NCBI GenBank assembly: GCA_030295235.1
Contig: AP026169.1
Coordinates: 558,001 to 622,000, forward strand
Direction: 5' to 3'
Length of the DNA: 64,000 nucleotides
Origin: Fistulifera solaris
Lineage: Eukaryota
Under the pieces are notes generated by a model that ran no database searches, was not told the DNA's origin, and saw only the letters and a list, made by a program, of their open reading frames with translations. Made by a program: the position numbers and the translations under genes. Within the stretch, counting starts at the first letter, position 1. Every line of letters begins with the position of its first letter. Below are positions 22,928-35,525 of this stretch, in pieces.

Positions 22928-25900
22928 ATGAACAAGCGTCGACGATTCTCTCCGCTTGGAGCTTCTGAATTCGCAGCCATCTTGAATGGAGAAGATCCGG
23001 GCGCGATTCATGATGCATTGCGTCGATTCGTTCAAACGGTCCGCGAAGAAAGACGGGCTGCGGTAGGCGATTCGTCCCTCGAAGTGGAAAAGACTAGTGA
23101 ATCGTCCACCAGCGAGGATGAAGAAGACAAGCCTCTGCAAAAGAAACAAAAGTTTCGAAAAGAAGACTCGTGGAAAGAGGACACTGCGAAGTATGATGTC
23201 CCTTTTGTTGGGACTTCGGTTGCGAGAGGAGATACAAGTCGGGTTGTCGCGGGAGAATGGCCAACCGGCTTGTTGAAAGCATACGTGGAAAAGAGTCCAA
23301 GAGCTATCGAATTCAATCATCTTTTGCCAGGAGGACCTATTCATAAAATACTACTTCGCCGGAAACATGGCAGAACTTGGCACAAGATTCAGAAATTGTA
23401 TCTCCAGGCTGTATCGGAGCTCATTACTATGGCCGTTCCTCTCGAATGCATCAAGAATGATACCATGCCAGGTCAATATACATCTAATAAGGACAGCTCG
23501 ACCCGCCAAATCGTTGAAACCTTGGTGTCCTCTCACTTTGCTGGATGGTGCTTGTTGTTGAAGGAAGAAACTGGGAATGGAAAGGGAAAGGCGGGTGTCG
23601 TTGGTGGCTGTGGGGAACTTGCTCAGTACATTATTCGAATCTTTCATCGACTGACCCGGATCAGCTCGGAAAAGGCTCGCCACATTATGCGCGATGTAGA
23701 GCAGAGCATTTCTGAACATGTTTTGCGTTTCCTTCTTAAGAAGCCGATCAAAGAGGGGGAAGAGTACGCTGCCAGTTCCAGAGCTGCATCCAAAATTGAA
23801 CTTCTTGAATGGGTCGGCTGGTTGACATCGATTCCTGACCATTCTATCCTTTCTCGACTGTGTTCACCCGGTGCTCGTGAACGAAAGATATCTCCCGGCC
23901 TTTTATACATGTCACTCAGGGACGGTTCGGCGGATTTTGGACATGACAGTGTGGCGTCTGCTATCGGGCTCGTTGTTCGAAAGCTACGAGATGTATTGTT
24001 GAGTGAGGATTCTCGTTCTCGGAAGATACTGATAGACTTATTCTCCAGAGATGTGGTACAAAGTTTGTGCCAAGTATCTGTTCATGCGCCTGTACTGTCA
24101 TCCCAAAATAGTGTCGAAAAGGTGTTACAGTTCATCGACAAAACCGACAATCAAGTCGAAGCAGTCGGGTCAGAGGCCCGTCGTTTATTACTTATCTTGA
24201 TCTGCAATCCTGAGAAGTCCCCTTTTGTTCAGAGCATTCGAAAGAACTTAAAGAGCACCAAGCGGACACGTCCAGTGATATTACAAATCGTTCAGCATTT
24301 TTTAAAATCTGAGAGTGGCGAGATTACAAAGCTCGTTCTTCAGACGGTGCGCGTGAATCCTTCGCTTTTTGGACCGCTTCTACAAAATATCTCGTTCCCC
24401 GACATGAAAAGAGCATTTGCCTTCATAGCGCGGGTCAACTTTGCTGCCAATTTTATCCTTCATGGGCCGTCGATTGAGGAATGTCTGAAAAGTGATGGAT
24501 CATATCAGAGCATCGAGGACGATGCAGCGCTTCTCCATTTGTTCCTTCCGTGCAACATGAAAGATACGATTCTCCGTAAAGCGCTACAGAGTGGGAACAC
24601 TCTTATTGTAGCGGAAGTACTGAAATTGATTGTTTTTGTCTTCAAAAGGATATGTTACTACCCGGCTGCTTCGCAAGATGATGATGAAAAGGTGCTTTTG
24701 GAGCCTCCGCGACTTTGGAATTTGTTGAAAGCATGGATTCCAGAGCCCAGCTTACTTGTTTCTATTTTAGTGAAATTTGATGCGTCGCAGGGGTTGACTT
24801 CGCTGGCAGTTACTAATCGAGTGTGTCTCGTCCTGAATTTTCTCCTTGATCATATTCCTGAGGTTTTTATGGTTTTACTTTTGACTGGTCGAAACTCCTT
24901 TCAAAAGATAGCAACTTTAATTCTGCGAGATCTACTATCCAAGGCGCATTGCTGAGAACGATTATGCTAATGCTGCAAGCAAATCAGGTGAGTCGCTAAA
25001 ACGTATTCTTGGTTGCTTACCATGCTCTTTACTCTAGCCTTACCTTTGTTTCCCGAGTAGCTGCGACTACCCCCGGGGACGGAAGCCAAGTTCTGCTACG
25101 ATCTTTTGCACATCCTCCTACACACAAAATTTGTACACGTGTACGATTTAGCAAAGAAGACTGTTTTATATTACTTATCTGCTCATTTGGGAAACCACGG
25201 ACATTCTGAACAGAGATCATTTGTTGCGGATGAAATTTCGTGTTGGATTGACGGCCTTTCTATTGCTACTTTGAGTGATTTCTTTTCTGTTCTCCAGCAA
25301 ATCTTACAGCAGCCGTATCACTTTACACTTCAGTTTGCAAAAATTTGGCTAGATTGTGTTGGAGATAAAGCAGTACCGCGAATGCCTTTTACTGCTCTGA
25401 TGATTCAATCGCTTCGCTTGGTCCATCAATTGTCCTCCCAGTATACTCTCTTGTACTCGCAAGTTGCGACAAATGCCTTATTGTTTCATAATGACCCTGT
25501 CGCACTTGCAACTGTCATTAAGGAAGTTCATCGCCAGGAAAAGTTAGGTGGAGCAAGCGTATGCATCGACCGACTAGTGCAGCTAATTGACGAGCTATTT
25601 TTCAATGAAAGATCAGGCGAATCTAAGCAGCTCATTACACTGGGCGAACACCTTGAGTCTCTATTTTCGTCTAGTCGACATCCTCTCCTTTGTCTGATCC
25701 AAAAAGTTAAGATTCGAACAAGTCTGTCAATCAGTAATCCTTCATTGGGTTGGGAGGACGTATCATTGCTCGTCCGCCAATGTTCCAATCAAATGATGTG
25801 GCATGAAACTGATCGAAAGGCACTTTCAAATGGATTGAAAAGTGCTCTACCAGGTCTTCTATTGGTAAGTCTTCAAGCGTTTGAGTGCTACATTCCCTGA

Positions 25901-28900
25901 CCACTCATGTTTTCTCATCAATGCTCCTTTGCTAAGCAGAAATTGCCGTCGGCTTGGAAGCCGTGTAGTACAGTCTTAACCGAGATTGCGCACCTAGGTC
26001 TAATTATGATATCTGGAGTTTCAATAATGGATGATAGAGGAATTCAAGTCGATGCTGAAGTTACGCGCAGTCTTTCCGGGAACATGTTGGAACTATGTCA
26101 GACAAACATAGAGAATACCCAAGATCTTTATCAGTTACTTTTCACATGTCCTTGTCTTTCATCGCTTTTGCTCGGCGAATTGCTGTGTCAATTGATCGAC
26201 GAACCGAAAAAAGATCCAATCTACAGTGCTTTAACGGCAAACATTCTCGATTTAGTTGCGAACGGCTTTGTCAAGAATGATAAAGACTACCTTCTTTGCG
26301 GTAAAGTATCTGTAATGGTTGTTAAGCTATGGTGTAGTTTGGGGAGCGAGCTCAACATACCCGAGAACAAGGCGTTGGTCAAGAGTGCCGACAACGCAGT
26401 AAAACAAATGTTATCGGGGAGCAACTTGGCGGCCTCGTTTGCATTATGCGCATTGTTAAAACGAGAACCAACAGAGGTTGTTGCGGAATGTATTGGTGGG
26501 GGAGTCGTTGATCACCCCGAACGAATTGAAATTCTGTTGACTTTACTCGATAGAGAGCCAGCATCATATGCGCCGGCAATAGTAGAAGCTCTTCGCTGCT
26601 TAAAATCCATTCCTTCATCAAAATTCGACGATCTTCTGGTTGCCCTGAAAATTTCTTACTTGCACAACGACGACGAAAAAGAGTTTCTCTTAACCTGGCA
26701 ACATGATTTTTTAAAGCGTTTGTTGAAGGATATCGCCGATAACAATGAAATCGACATAGCTTATCATTTTCAACGCTTCGAGAGAATTCTCGAGGAGGTT
26801 CGCGATTCATCGATGCTCATCGATGCTCTCTCAATCTTCATAAACAAGTGCCGTTTGTCGCCGAAGGAATTCAAGCTCTGTTTCACGAAACTTACTGACG
26901 CGACAGAACGTATCTCTATGTTAGTTACAGGGGAAAGACCAAGAGAAGTAGCTTCCCTATTTTTACTGCTTCTCACCGAGAAGGTAAATCAATCAGTAAG
27001 AAGCTGCTTGCGCAATCTCGGTACAAACAAGGATAATATCGAATCCAAAGCGATAAACGTAATCGACGGTACCATCACTCTACTGAATAGTACAGTCGAT
27101 TTTGACCTGGACTGTTTGAGAAGCGACGGCAAAGAATCAATCAATAATGCAGTCAAAGTATGTCTCCGTGTTGGTTTAAGGCCAGTCAATACGGAAGCTG
27201 ATGTTTTGAGCTGGCGCTGTCTGAAGCTTGCGCGAAGCTATGTATCTTCTATCCAGTCAGGGAAACTGTGTGGCATGTTCAACATACGCGGCGACTTTTC
27301 AAGTTTAGTGTTCGAAATGGCTTCCACCCATTCCAATTTTCATGATTTATTGCGCAATGGAATGAGCGATCTTGCAAAACGAGAGTTGCTTGACTTGCTG
27401 CTGGAGTGTTTAGAGAATGCCAGGCATCTTGCTTACGATAAGGAAGTGTGGCAAACATTGCTTTGTACGTTCGGTTGTGGCATGTCTTCGATTGATTTGA
27501 CTCTAAGAAAGATTGTCGCGCGGTATGGTTGGTTGGAAAAGAGGTAAGACTGCAAACGAACTTGCATTTTATGTAGTTAATGGTCGAATCTAACTTTCGC
27601 GTTAGGTCGATACGTCACTAGTCACGATGGACCAATTTACATGGGGAATGCCTCCTTCGACATCAATGCCGTCAGCAGATTCATTTTTGAATGCTCTGGA
27701 GATGTATAGAATCCAAGCTACGTTGTGCAACTTTCCTATTCACGACTCGACCGACCCCTTTCTCGTTGAATTAAGTAAAGATGGAGAGTTGCAAAGAAAC
27801 TTCATCAAGGATGACAGATATAGTCCTGGGTTCTTGCTCCCCTTGGCGTTAGCTCAATTAGAATTCTCCATGGACATCGACCACGAAGCGACACTCGTTA
27901 GCACGGGCAATGTGAATTTAAAAGCTGTAGAGCTTGCGCAGCGCTACTGCGAAAGAGGAGTTGCAGCGCTGTGTTTTATGGCTTTGGCTTCGAATTGTAA
28001 AAGACTTCGACACACAGGTCTAGCTATTCTTGGCCTATTGAACTTCTTGGCCGGGTCCAAATTAGCTCTTGAATCAAGCACATGGCGGTCAAGGCCCCAA
28101 TTGATGATGCTCTTGGATTCCTTTCGTCGTTCCATGGTGATTTTCAATGAGACCAAGGAATCGACCGTACAGTGCCCACAGCTTCCTGGTCTGTCTGCTT
28201 TATTCTTGGCGAGAGCATCGTTGGTTTTATCACATCCAGGAGATGAAATTTACGCAAACATCAATAGAGTCTTTCTTCGCATTGAAAAGGATCACGGAGC
28301 CTTCCAAGACCTTTGGAGGTTACCATCTTTTGTCGCATTATTTTGTTCTGCTGCTGACGACCACGAGAAACTACTTGAGGAACGAATCTTCGCCCTCCGT
28401 CTTGTTAGAGATGGTTTCCTGAATGAAATGTGCTACAAACCCCTTCATGCCTGCCACGGAATAGAAATGATTTTGTCATCATTCGGTAATTATTGTATGC
28501 GCTCTTATCCCGACAAACGTGATGAGTTTGTAGTGCTAATGGAAGCTTTGGAGAGACTTGTAAACTTCGGAGGCATCAGGAGCAGTGATCATCTTTTCAA
28601 GCGTCTGGGCTTACTGTCGTTTTGGCGCTCGCTTATTTTGGCAAGGCCTTTAACGAGTTATTTCCAAACGTCGAAAGAGCGCGGTGTCTTCTTGTCGTGT
28701 TTCAGGGCATGCATGAATCATGCATCCTCGGTTTTATCAAAGACGACTTTTCCCTTGCTACACAGGGACTCTGGCCACCCCTTCTTGACTTTTTTCTGGA
28801 GCTAATAGCTTCTGACAAAAACTACGCTTTCTCGTGCCTTTCGACATTGAGTGCACTTAAAGGCGCGTCGCATGATAGGAAGTATTTGGATCGACCGATC

Positions 28901-29332
28901 GGCAACTTCAACGGAGTCGCCTTTTCGATGGCGACCAGGCTGTTAAGAGTTATGGAGGCACTCAGGGAAAGTTCCTTTGCCATGATACTCTGTACCATGC
29001 CTTTGTGTACTTCTGAACAAGATGCCGATGCAGAACACGCAGCCACAATCTGCTTGGGTCTTCTTCGTATGGTAGTGCGCAGAGAATTGGCTCTGTATTG
29101 CGCACTGGTGCGAATCGAGTCTTTGATAAATCATTTTGCTTCTCTCACTTTCGATAGAAACGAAGAGCTGCTCGTATCGCTGTTGAAACTTCGATCCAAC
29201 ATTACTTTGGAGGAAGAAATGTTAAGCTTATGGCAAAAGTGCGTTTTTATTCTTGTTAATTCTCGACCAAATGATATCGATGAGCATTGCGCCACTGTGT
29301 TTCGAAAGTTAAGTCTGGACCTTATTCAGTAG
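22928..29332 (+). CDS. URB1: Nucleolar pre-ribosomal-associated protein 1 (URB1/Npa1)-like; introns near 24988, 25864 and 27544; frameshifts near 24865 and 28740
   Basis: Very long helical protein over five ORF segments; DDRYSPGFLLPL and following region resemble the NopRA1 domain; FTFDWSKLL is recovered in the shifted frame; GT-AG introns join the segments. Confidence 0.7.
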
Positions 29333-29384
29333 TACTAATGAATGAATTTTACAATCAATTGAAGCAAAGTCGCATAATCTTACG

Positions 29385-32300
29385 TTAAAGCTGAATTGCT
29401 CTATTCCGTGCGAAAACGACGTCTCTTCTACCTTTCTTAGACATTTCCCGTTTCAAATGAGCCTCACCGTGCTTTAGCCATTGCGCAGGGTCTTCGCCAA
29501 TCATTTCAATCAAACCGCACTCTTCGACAATACCAGCCTGCGAGCATATAATCCGTAGCCTTGAAACGGCGGACTCTCGAGGTGCTGACTGATGGGCACG
29601 AATGCACTCTTTTAAGAGCACCAGGGCGGAGCCTATATGCCCCCGCTTGGAGACGTACTCGACGAGCGAACCATAAGAAGCAAGGTCAAGTGACCTGCCA
29701 CAAAGCTCAACTCTCTCCTTGAATTCCAACGCTCTTGAAAGCCGGTTGTTTTCCAAGAACATCTGGATCATCAAACGGTCACTGTATCCATTCGGCTGCA
29801 AGGAGTAGTCGCTAAATTTCGTGTCGTAAAACGCGATGGCTCTGTCCAAGCTCCCTGCCGAAATTTCTAATTCGAGTGCATTGTTGAGAATGTGATGGTC
29901 CACGATGCCTTTTTCCGCAGCCTTTTGAAGCACGAATTGGCTGGTCAAAACACCCATATATTTCAGCCATGCATTGGTAATGTAATCTGGCATTCTTTCA
30001 CGAATAAGTGGAACAAGATCCAAAATCGACGGATCGCCCAACGACGTTTTGAAAACTTTGCGAATACGGCGAATTCTTGTCTCTGAAAAATAGGGTAGGA
30101 TCTCCCTTAATAAATCAAGATCTGGTTCTGATTCATCGACAGCGGAGTTAAACACTTCCAGGCGTAATTGTTTATCGGTATCGTCCATTTCCAGTCCAGA
30201 ACGATCAAAAATATCTCGCAGTTTCTGTCTGTCATTCTCCTGATTCAAATCAATATCAAATTCGTCAGCCAATGTGTAAGAGTATAGATTCGTCTCTATG
30301 ACTTTCGACTGCACATTCTGTTGTGATGAAACGTTCGGCGTCCTCGCAGAAAAGTTGCATCGAGTCAATTCTCATCCCCACAGAATCCCTGATTCTCAAA
30401 CGAAAGTCGCTTTTTCGCAGAGGAATGGTCGTCGAAGTTGTCAGCCTTTAGCTGGTTACGAATTGAACCCGCTTCTTCAGCAGCTGCCCCTTTATCCACG
30501 GTCTCAGGTACTTTGTTTTCATTACGGCCTTCACGGGAATCGCGAACCTAAGTTTTGTAGGCATAGAATGAGTAAAAGAATCAGAGTATGTCCAGGAAAC
30601 AACCAAACATCGCATACAAATCACGCAAGGCGCTTTGATAGTTTGCAGTTTCAATATAGCCGAGTGTCGATCCAGGAAAGCAACATGAATTGTCGTCATT
30701 GACGTGCTTCGTGGTAACGTGCAAATGACCCGGCAATGAATTGTGCAGCTCTGTGCTACAACTTACCTGATCATTACCGTCCAACGAGAGGATTTCACAC
30801 TCGAATCTTGTCTTCTCGAGGACATCAAGTTCGTTAATCTTTGTCCTAGTCCTCCAACGCATTTCTGTATCATCAAAAAACAACTCTTCTTTTAAAGTCC
30901 CCGCAGAGTCGTCTGGCGCATCACGCAATTCATCCTTTACCGCTAAGATGACATCATCATACTTCTCGTTTTTGGTTTTAGCGACCGTCGGTTCAACAGA
31001 TGCGGTTACCCAACGCATCACATTGGTATCAAAATAGAGGTTGCTCGTAGTTTGAACATTTTTCTCATCGTGTCCGTACGTGCCTTGTTCACCCACCGGA
31101 AGTCGCAGCAGATCACCGTCGTCTTCCTCACTGCCATACTTAAGCTTCCACACGTCATCAGGCGTAATTTTCTGGAATTCAGGTCGTAATTTTCCGTCAT
31201 TGTCAACGAACATCTTTGAATAAGACTCGTCTAACTCATCAAGTGTCGCTGCGCTGGTTTCATCTTCCCAAACGCCTTTGAATTTTGATCGCTTGCCCAA
31301 TTTATGTTTTCTGTCGACGTCCGCGTACTCGCCTTCCCAAGTTAAATTATCAGTAGTACCTTCCCCCGGAATCGCATTGCTGGTATATTGAGGCACACGC
31401 CTCGCCGTCAACAGGCGTAAGGAGTTATCGCACAGATACCCCTTGTTTTCTCGGCCTTGCCACATTAATCCCATTCCCTTTTTATTTACTGCGAGCGCAC
31501 ACGCATGAAGAATCCCGGATAGTGTTCGTGTGTCATTCCCATACTCACGCGCCTCAAAGGATTGCATTTCGTCATCACCCTTAGGCTTCGCCAACGGCAT
31601 ACTCTCTTCAGCTGAAATAGCAATAGAAGTATTATTAGAAAAGGTTCCACTTGAACTAAGAAGTCGTTGCTCTTCAGAAATCAATTGCGGGGATCGATCT
31701 CCGCGCAAACTAGCCAAGTGTTCATCTGAGCCAATAGTACGTAATTGATCGAGTCGACGGATTTCACTGGCTACGTAGATAGCCTTTGCTGTCGCCATAT
31801 CACCAGCCGATGCGGCGCATAAAATAAGTGCAGCTACGAAACCGTCATCTTGCTCAACTTCAGCATTTTCCGCCATGACAACCAGAGAGCGCGCCATATT
31901 TCCGTGATGTTGAGTCAAGAACTCACGACGACGATGCCGTTCGGATGACCCTCGTTCAAACCGAACAGCAATAGCATGACTCCGCGCGACTGCTCGCAAT
32001 GCACTGCTGAAACAGAGAGTCGTTGGTTTTACCTCCATCTGTTGCATCTCTTCCAATAGATTTATAGCTCTCTCAGCATGTCCCCTAGCCGCGCAAACGC
32101 GAAGAATCGCACCATACGCCATGACGTCCGGATTGATCCCCACGACACGCATCTCTTGCCACTTGTTCCATGCCATCTCTCCGGCTCTCGCACGAATCGA
32201 GTGGGGGATACGCCCATCATTGCAGACTTTGTAACACGCCGATAGCAACGAGGTGAACGCCGGAAGCGTCGGCGCAACTCCCCTACTTCCACCATTTCAT

Positions 32301-33174
32301 CCATGGTGCTGGCACATCCTTCAAAATCAGCCACTTTGGCGTACAAATCCACGAGGATACTCCAGCTGTAAGAAGAAATAGGATGCTTGTTTTCTTTCAT
32401 CATTTTAAGAATTCGTCGTCCTTCCGCAGGCGTCCGACAGGAGGATAACAAAGAAGTGTACGTATGCTCACCAAATATAGAAATAGGAACTTGCAGATCT
32501 TGAAGGATGTGGCGAAGTGCTTTGACAATACCTACCGGATCACGCCGCGTGCCATGACGATCACGATACGAGCGAACGACGAGTGATAGATCCTTATCGG
32601 ATGGGAGTTCCGTGGCTTCAATTAACGCGACCTCTTCTTCACTCATTCCTTCTTTCAAATGCTCCATTGTTCTGCGATATTTAGCCATTTGATCGGCAAC
32701 ATGATTGAAATATTTGCGATGCTTATCTCCCAAATACACGGGTTCCGGCGTCGGTTGGCTTGACAAATCCTTAGTATTGCCCATGAGATCATCCAACAAG
32801 GCATCATTGAAGTCATAATCGAGAAGATCCTGATCCGAGTCGTCCTTATCACCAGATTCGAGATAACTTTGTTTCAAAGCCTGCACGAATTCCCTTCGTG
32901 GTCCAGCCTTGCTGCCCGGTGTACTGTGCTTGTCTTGTTTCGCCTGTATCGTCTGAATCTTTCGATTGTATTTCTTGAGTTGTTTTTTGGATGGCTTACG
33001 CTCACGATTTGTGTTGCCGTCGCGGCGTTTGTAGCGTACTTGCTGCCAGTGCCATCGATCGAAAATGGCGGGGTGCAACGTAGGGGGAGCCGCCAGTGTT
33101 GTGACTTGACGAAAGCCGCGAGACGAATTCCGCACAAGAAGAGGAATACGAGTCAACAAACTTGTAGTGGACAT
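29385..33174 (-). CDS. Pentatricopeptide-repeat (PPR) protein, probably mitochondrial; frameshift near 32280; intron(s) around 30550-30766, exact structure uncertain
   Basis: PPR motifs TYTSLLSSC, SWSILVDLYAK, GINPDVMAYGAILRVCA, VKPTTLCFSSAL, LASYGSLVEY; R-rich presequence. Confidence 0.8.
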
Positions 33175-33491
33175 TGTGTGAAATTTTCTATTTCCTTCGC
33201 TGCAACGAGAAACGAAATAACAATATTCGTATGATAAAAGAAAGGCTGGGTGAAAACTGAATGTCAGCAGCAAACTTTTTGCTAACATTTTTTGATGGAT
33301 GAAATCGGATCCCTTATGGTCTGTCTGCAACCGTACTAAGGACTAAAACGATTCAGTCATGGCAAAGTTGGGCTTACACTTTGTAGATATACAAGTAGTC
33401 CATTTCGAATGCATCCATTTCGACGCAAAAAGCAAAACCATCTAAGAAGATGCATTTGCAATAATCTTGTTCATAGAACCAGAAACAAAAA

Positions 33492-34132
33492 ATGAATCAT
33501 CTTGAGGAAGAGCCTGCTGCTGCCGACGATATACAACAACGCATAATACCGGATACCGCGGTCGTAACGAGCGGAGAAACATCGGATGAAGGCATTTCCG
33601 ACACGGAGCAACAACCAACTCAAGATGATGGGAACCACAGCGATGAAGAGCCCCATTATCCCGAGACGGGCGACTTGTACGACGAAAATGCGGATAACGA
33701 AGATGAAGCGTATGTGTACTCTCATCTCCGATCCGGAGTGGAAGAAAGTGTTCGCATACAGCAACCCAACAGCACGCAGATACAAGATATAAAAGTTCTT
33801 AAACCACGCAACTCGGATGCCATCCTGTCATGTCCTTGCTGTTTTCTAATTGTATGCATGGATTGCCAACGACATGAGCGTTATCCCAACCAATTTCGAG
33901 CCATGTTTGTTATGAACATTGCCGTCAAATGGGATCATCGTCTCGTGTACGACGAGCGGCAGAATATGCTCATTGAATACGGTGCTTCGGGAAACACTAC
34001 GACGCAGAAGAGTTCAAACGAAAAGAAGAATTCTATTATACCGTCTGTTGCGCTAATTGCACAACGACAGTCGCGGCTTTGGATATGGAGGATGAAGTGT
34101 ATCATTTTTATGGCTGCCTGTCTACGACCTAA
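33492..34132 (+). CDS. EAPP: E2F-associated phosphoprotein (EAPP); frameshift in A run near 34021
   Basis: SDAILSCPCCFLIVCMDCQRHERYPNQFRAMFVMN. The shifted frame gives EEFYYTVCCANCTTTVAALDMEDEVYHFYGCL-stop. Confidence 0.9.
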
Positions 34133-34223
34133 TGTCTCCCCTCTCTCCATCACTATTTCGTATCATTTGTAGTTGTAAAACGCCATTTGAAAAAGTGTAT
34201 AGTAGATAACAATCGAACTGATT

Positions 34224-34889
34224 TTACTGGGAAATTTTACTCAATAGAGACCCAATGGTGGAAAAGCTGACACCCTCTTGGTAGACCTTTTCTCGTTTCG
34301 TGTTGTCAGCCGATGCCGCAAATACCACACAATCTGCGCTGGCACTTTGCACCACGGGCGATTGCAAAGCTGTAATATCCGCTGCCGTAATCCCTCGCAA
34401 GGCTTTGGAAACCACCGACGTTGGCGCTTCCTTAAAAGTCAAGGCCAGAACTTGCAAGATGGAAGCTTGCAAACGCGCCACGGAGCGTTTGGCGAGACCC
34501 GCCACAACAACATCGGCCGATGATTCGAGGGCTTCGTAAGTCTTCCAAAATTCTGCAAACTGACACGCACTCAAATGGGTCAGACACGTTTGAATGGAGG
34601 CGCACACATCCTTGGACAAGACGGGTTGCGGAATCATATACGACAAGGCCAAGTTATCGGTACTCGGGTACTCGAGCATCGCCAACAAGTAGGCGTGAAC
34701 AGTCAAGTCTTCTTTGGAGTGTTCAGGGAATAGTTGATAGAGTTTCACCAATGTTCGGACGGCATCAAACAGGTAGGGGGCTTCTCCGGCTGTTTGCGCG
34801 GCGAGATATTCTTCCAAAGGTTGCACCATACTGGAGCTGTAGCTCTGTGAGTTCAATAGAGTACGAATATCGTTTTCGGAAGGAGCCAT
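34224..34889 (-). CDS. EIF3K: Translation initiation factor eIF3 subunit K
   Basis: Y.....LEEYL..Q....Y.FDA..TLVKLYQLFP and CQFAEFW PCI-domain motifs. Confidence 0.85.
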   Translation of the reverse strand: MAPSENDIRTLLNSQSYSSSMVQPLEEYLAAQTAGEAPYLFDAVRTLVKLYQLFPEHSKEDLTVHAYLLAMLEYPSTDNLALSYMIPQPVLSKDVCASIQTCLTHLSACQFAEFWKTYEALESSADVVVAGLAKRSVARLQASILQVLALTFKEAPTSVVSKALRGITAADITALQSPVVQSASADCVVFAASADNTKREKVYQEGVSFSTIGSLLSKISQ

Positions 34890-35525
34890 TGTTTGTGTAG
34901 ATAAATAAAATAAGAGAAAAATGCAAAGCTAGAGGGCAGCTTTGAAGAATCACAAGGAGAGTATATTATTACTTCGTATTATTATTTCATCTCATGGTTG
35001 AGAGTCGAGATCGTCTCGATCGTTCAATCCAATATTTTGCTCCACTTTCGTATCACGGCCAGACGATACTTGAGTCGGCCGTATGTACGTACGTCGGACT
35101 GACACATGCGGAAGTTCGTGACGTAATCAAATTCCAATCCTCGCGATGAGAGAAAAAAGCACGGAATCATCTTGCCACTTTCGTGTCATCAAGTGCGCGT
35201 TTTCGCGCTACATTCTTCCCCACCTCAATGATGATGCGATCGAATTTCCATTTCCCTCATATTATTACGAAGCATTTCCCAAAAATAGAAAGGAAAAGAA
35301 AGTAGTGGAGAGCACTCTAGAGAGAGAGAGAGGGCTTTCGTTGGGTCATTTTTGGAGTTGTTGATTGACAAGAATAGCTCGCGGGTCGTACGAGTTCGCA
35401 AATTGTCTTCGAATATTTTCCACTACATCGTCCGTCGGAATACTTTTTTTGTTTTGTGTGTTGTCAACGAATTGTACGTTTCAGAAACGAGATGATAGTG
35501 TAGCAGCTTCTTAACAAGTAAGGAA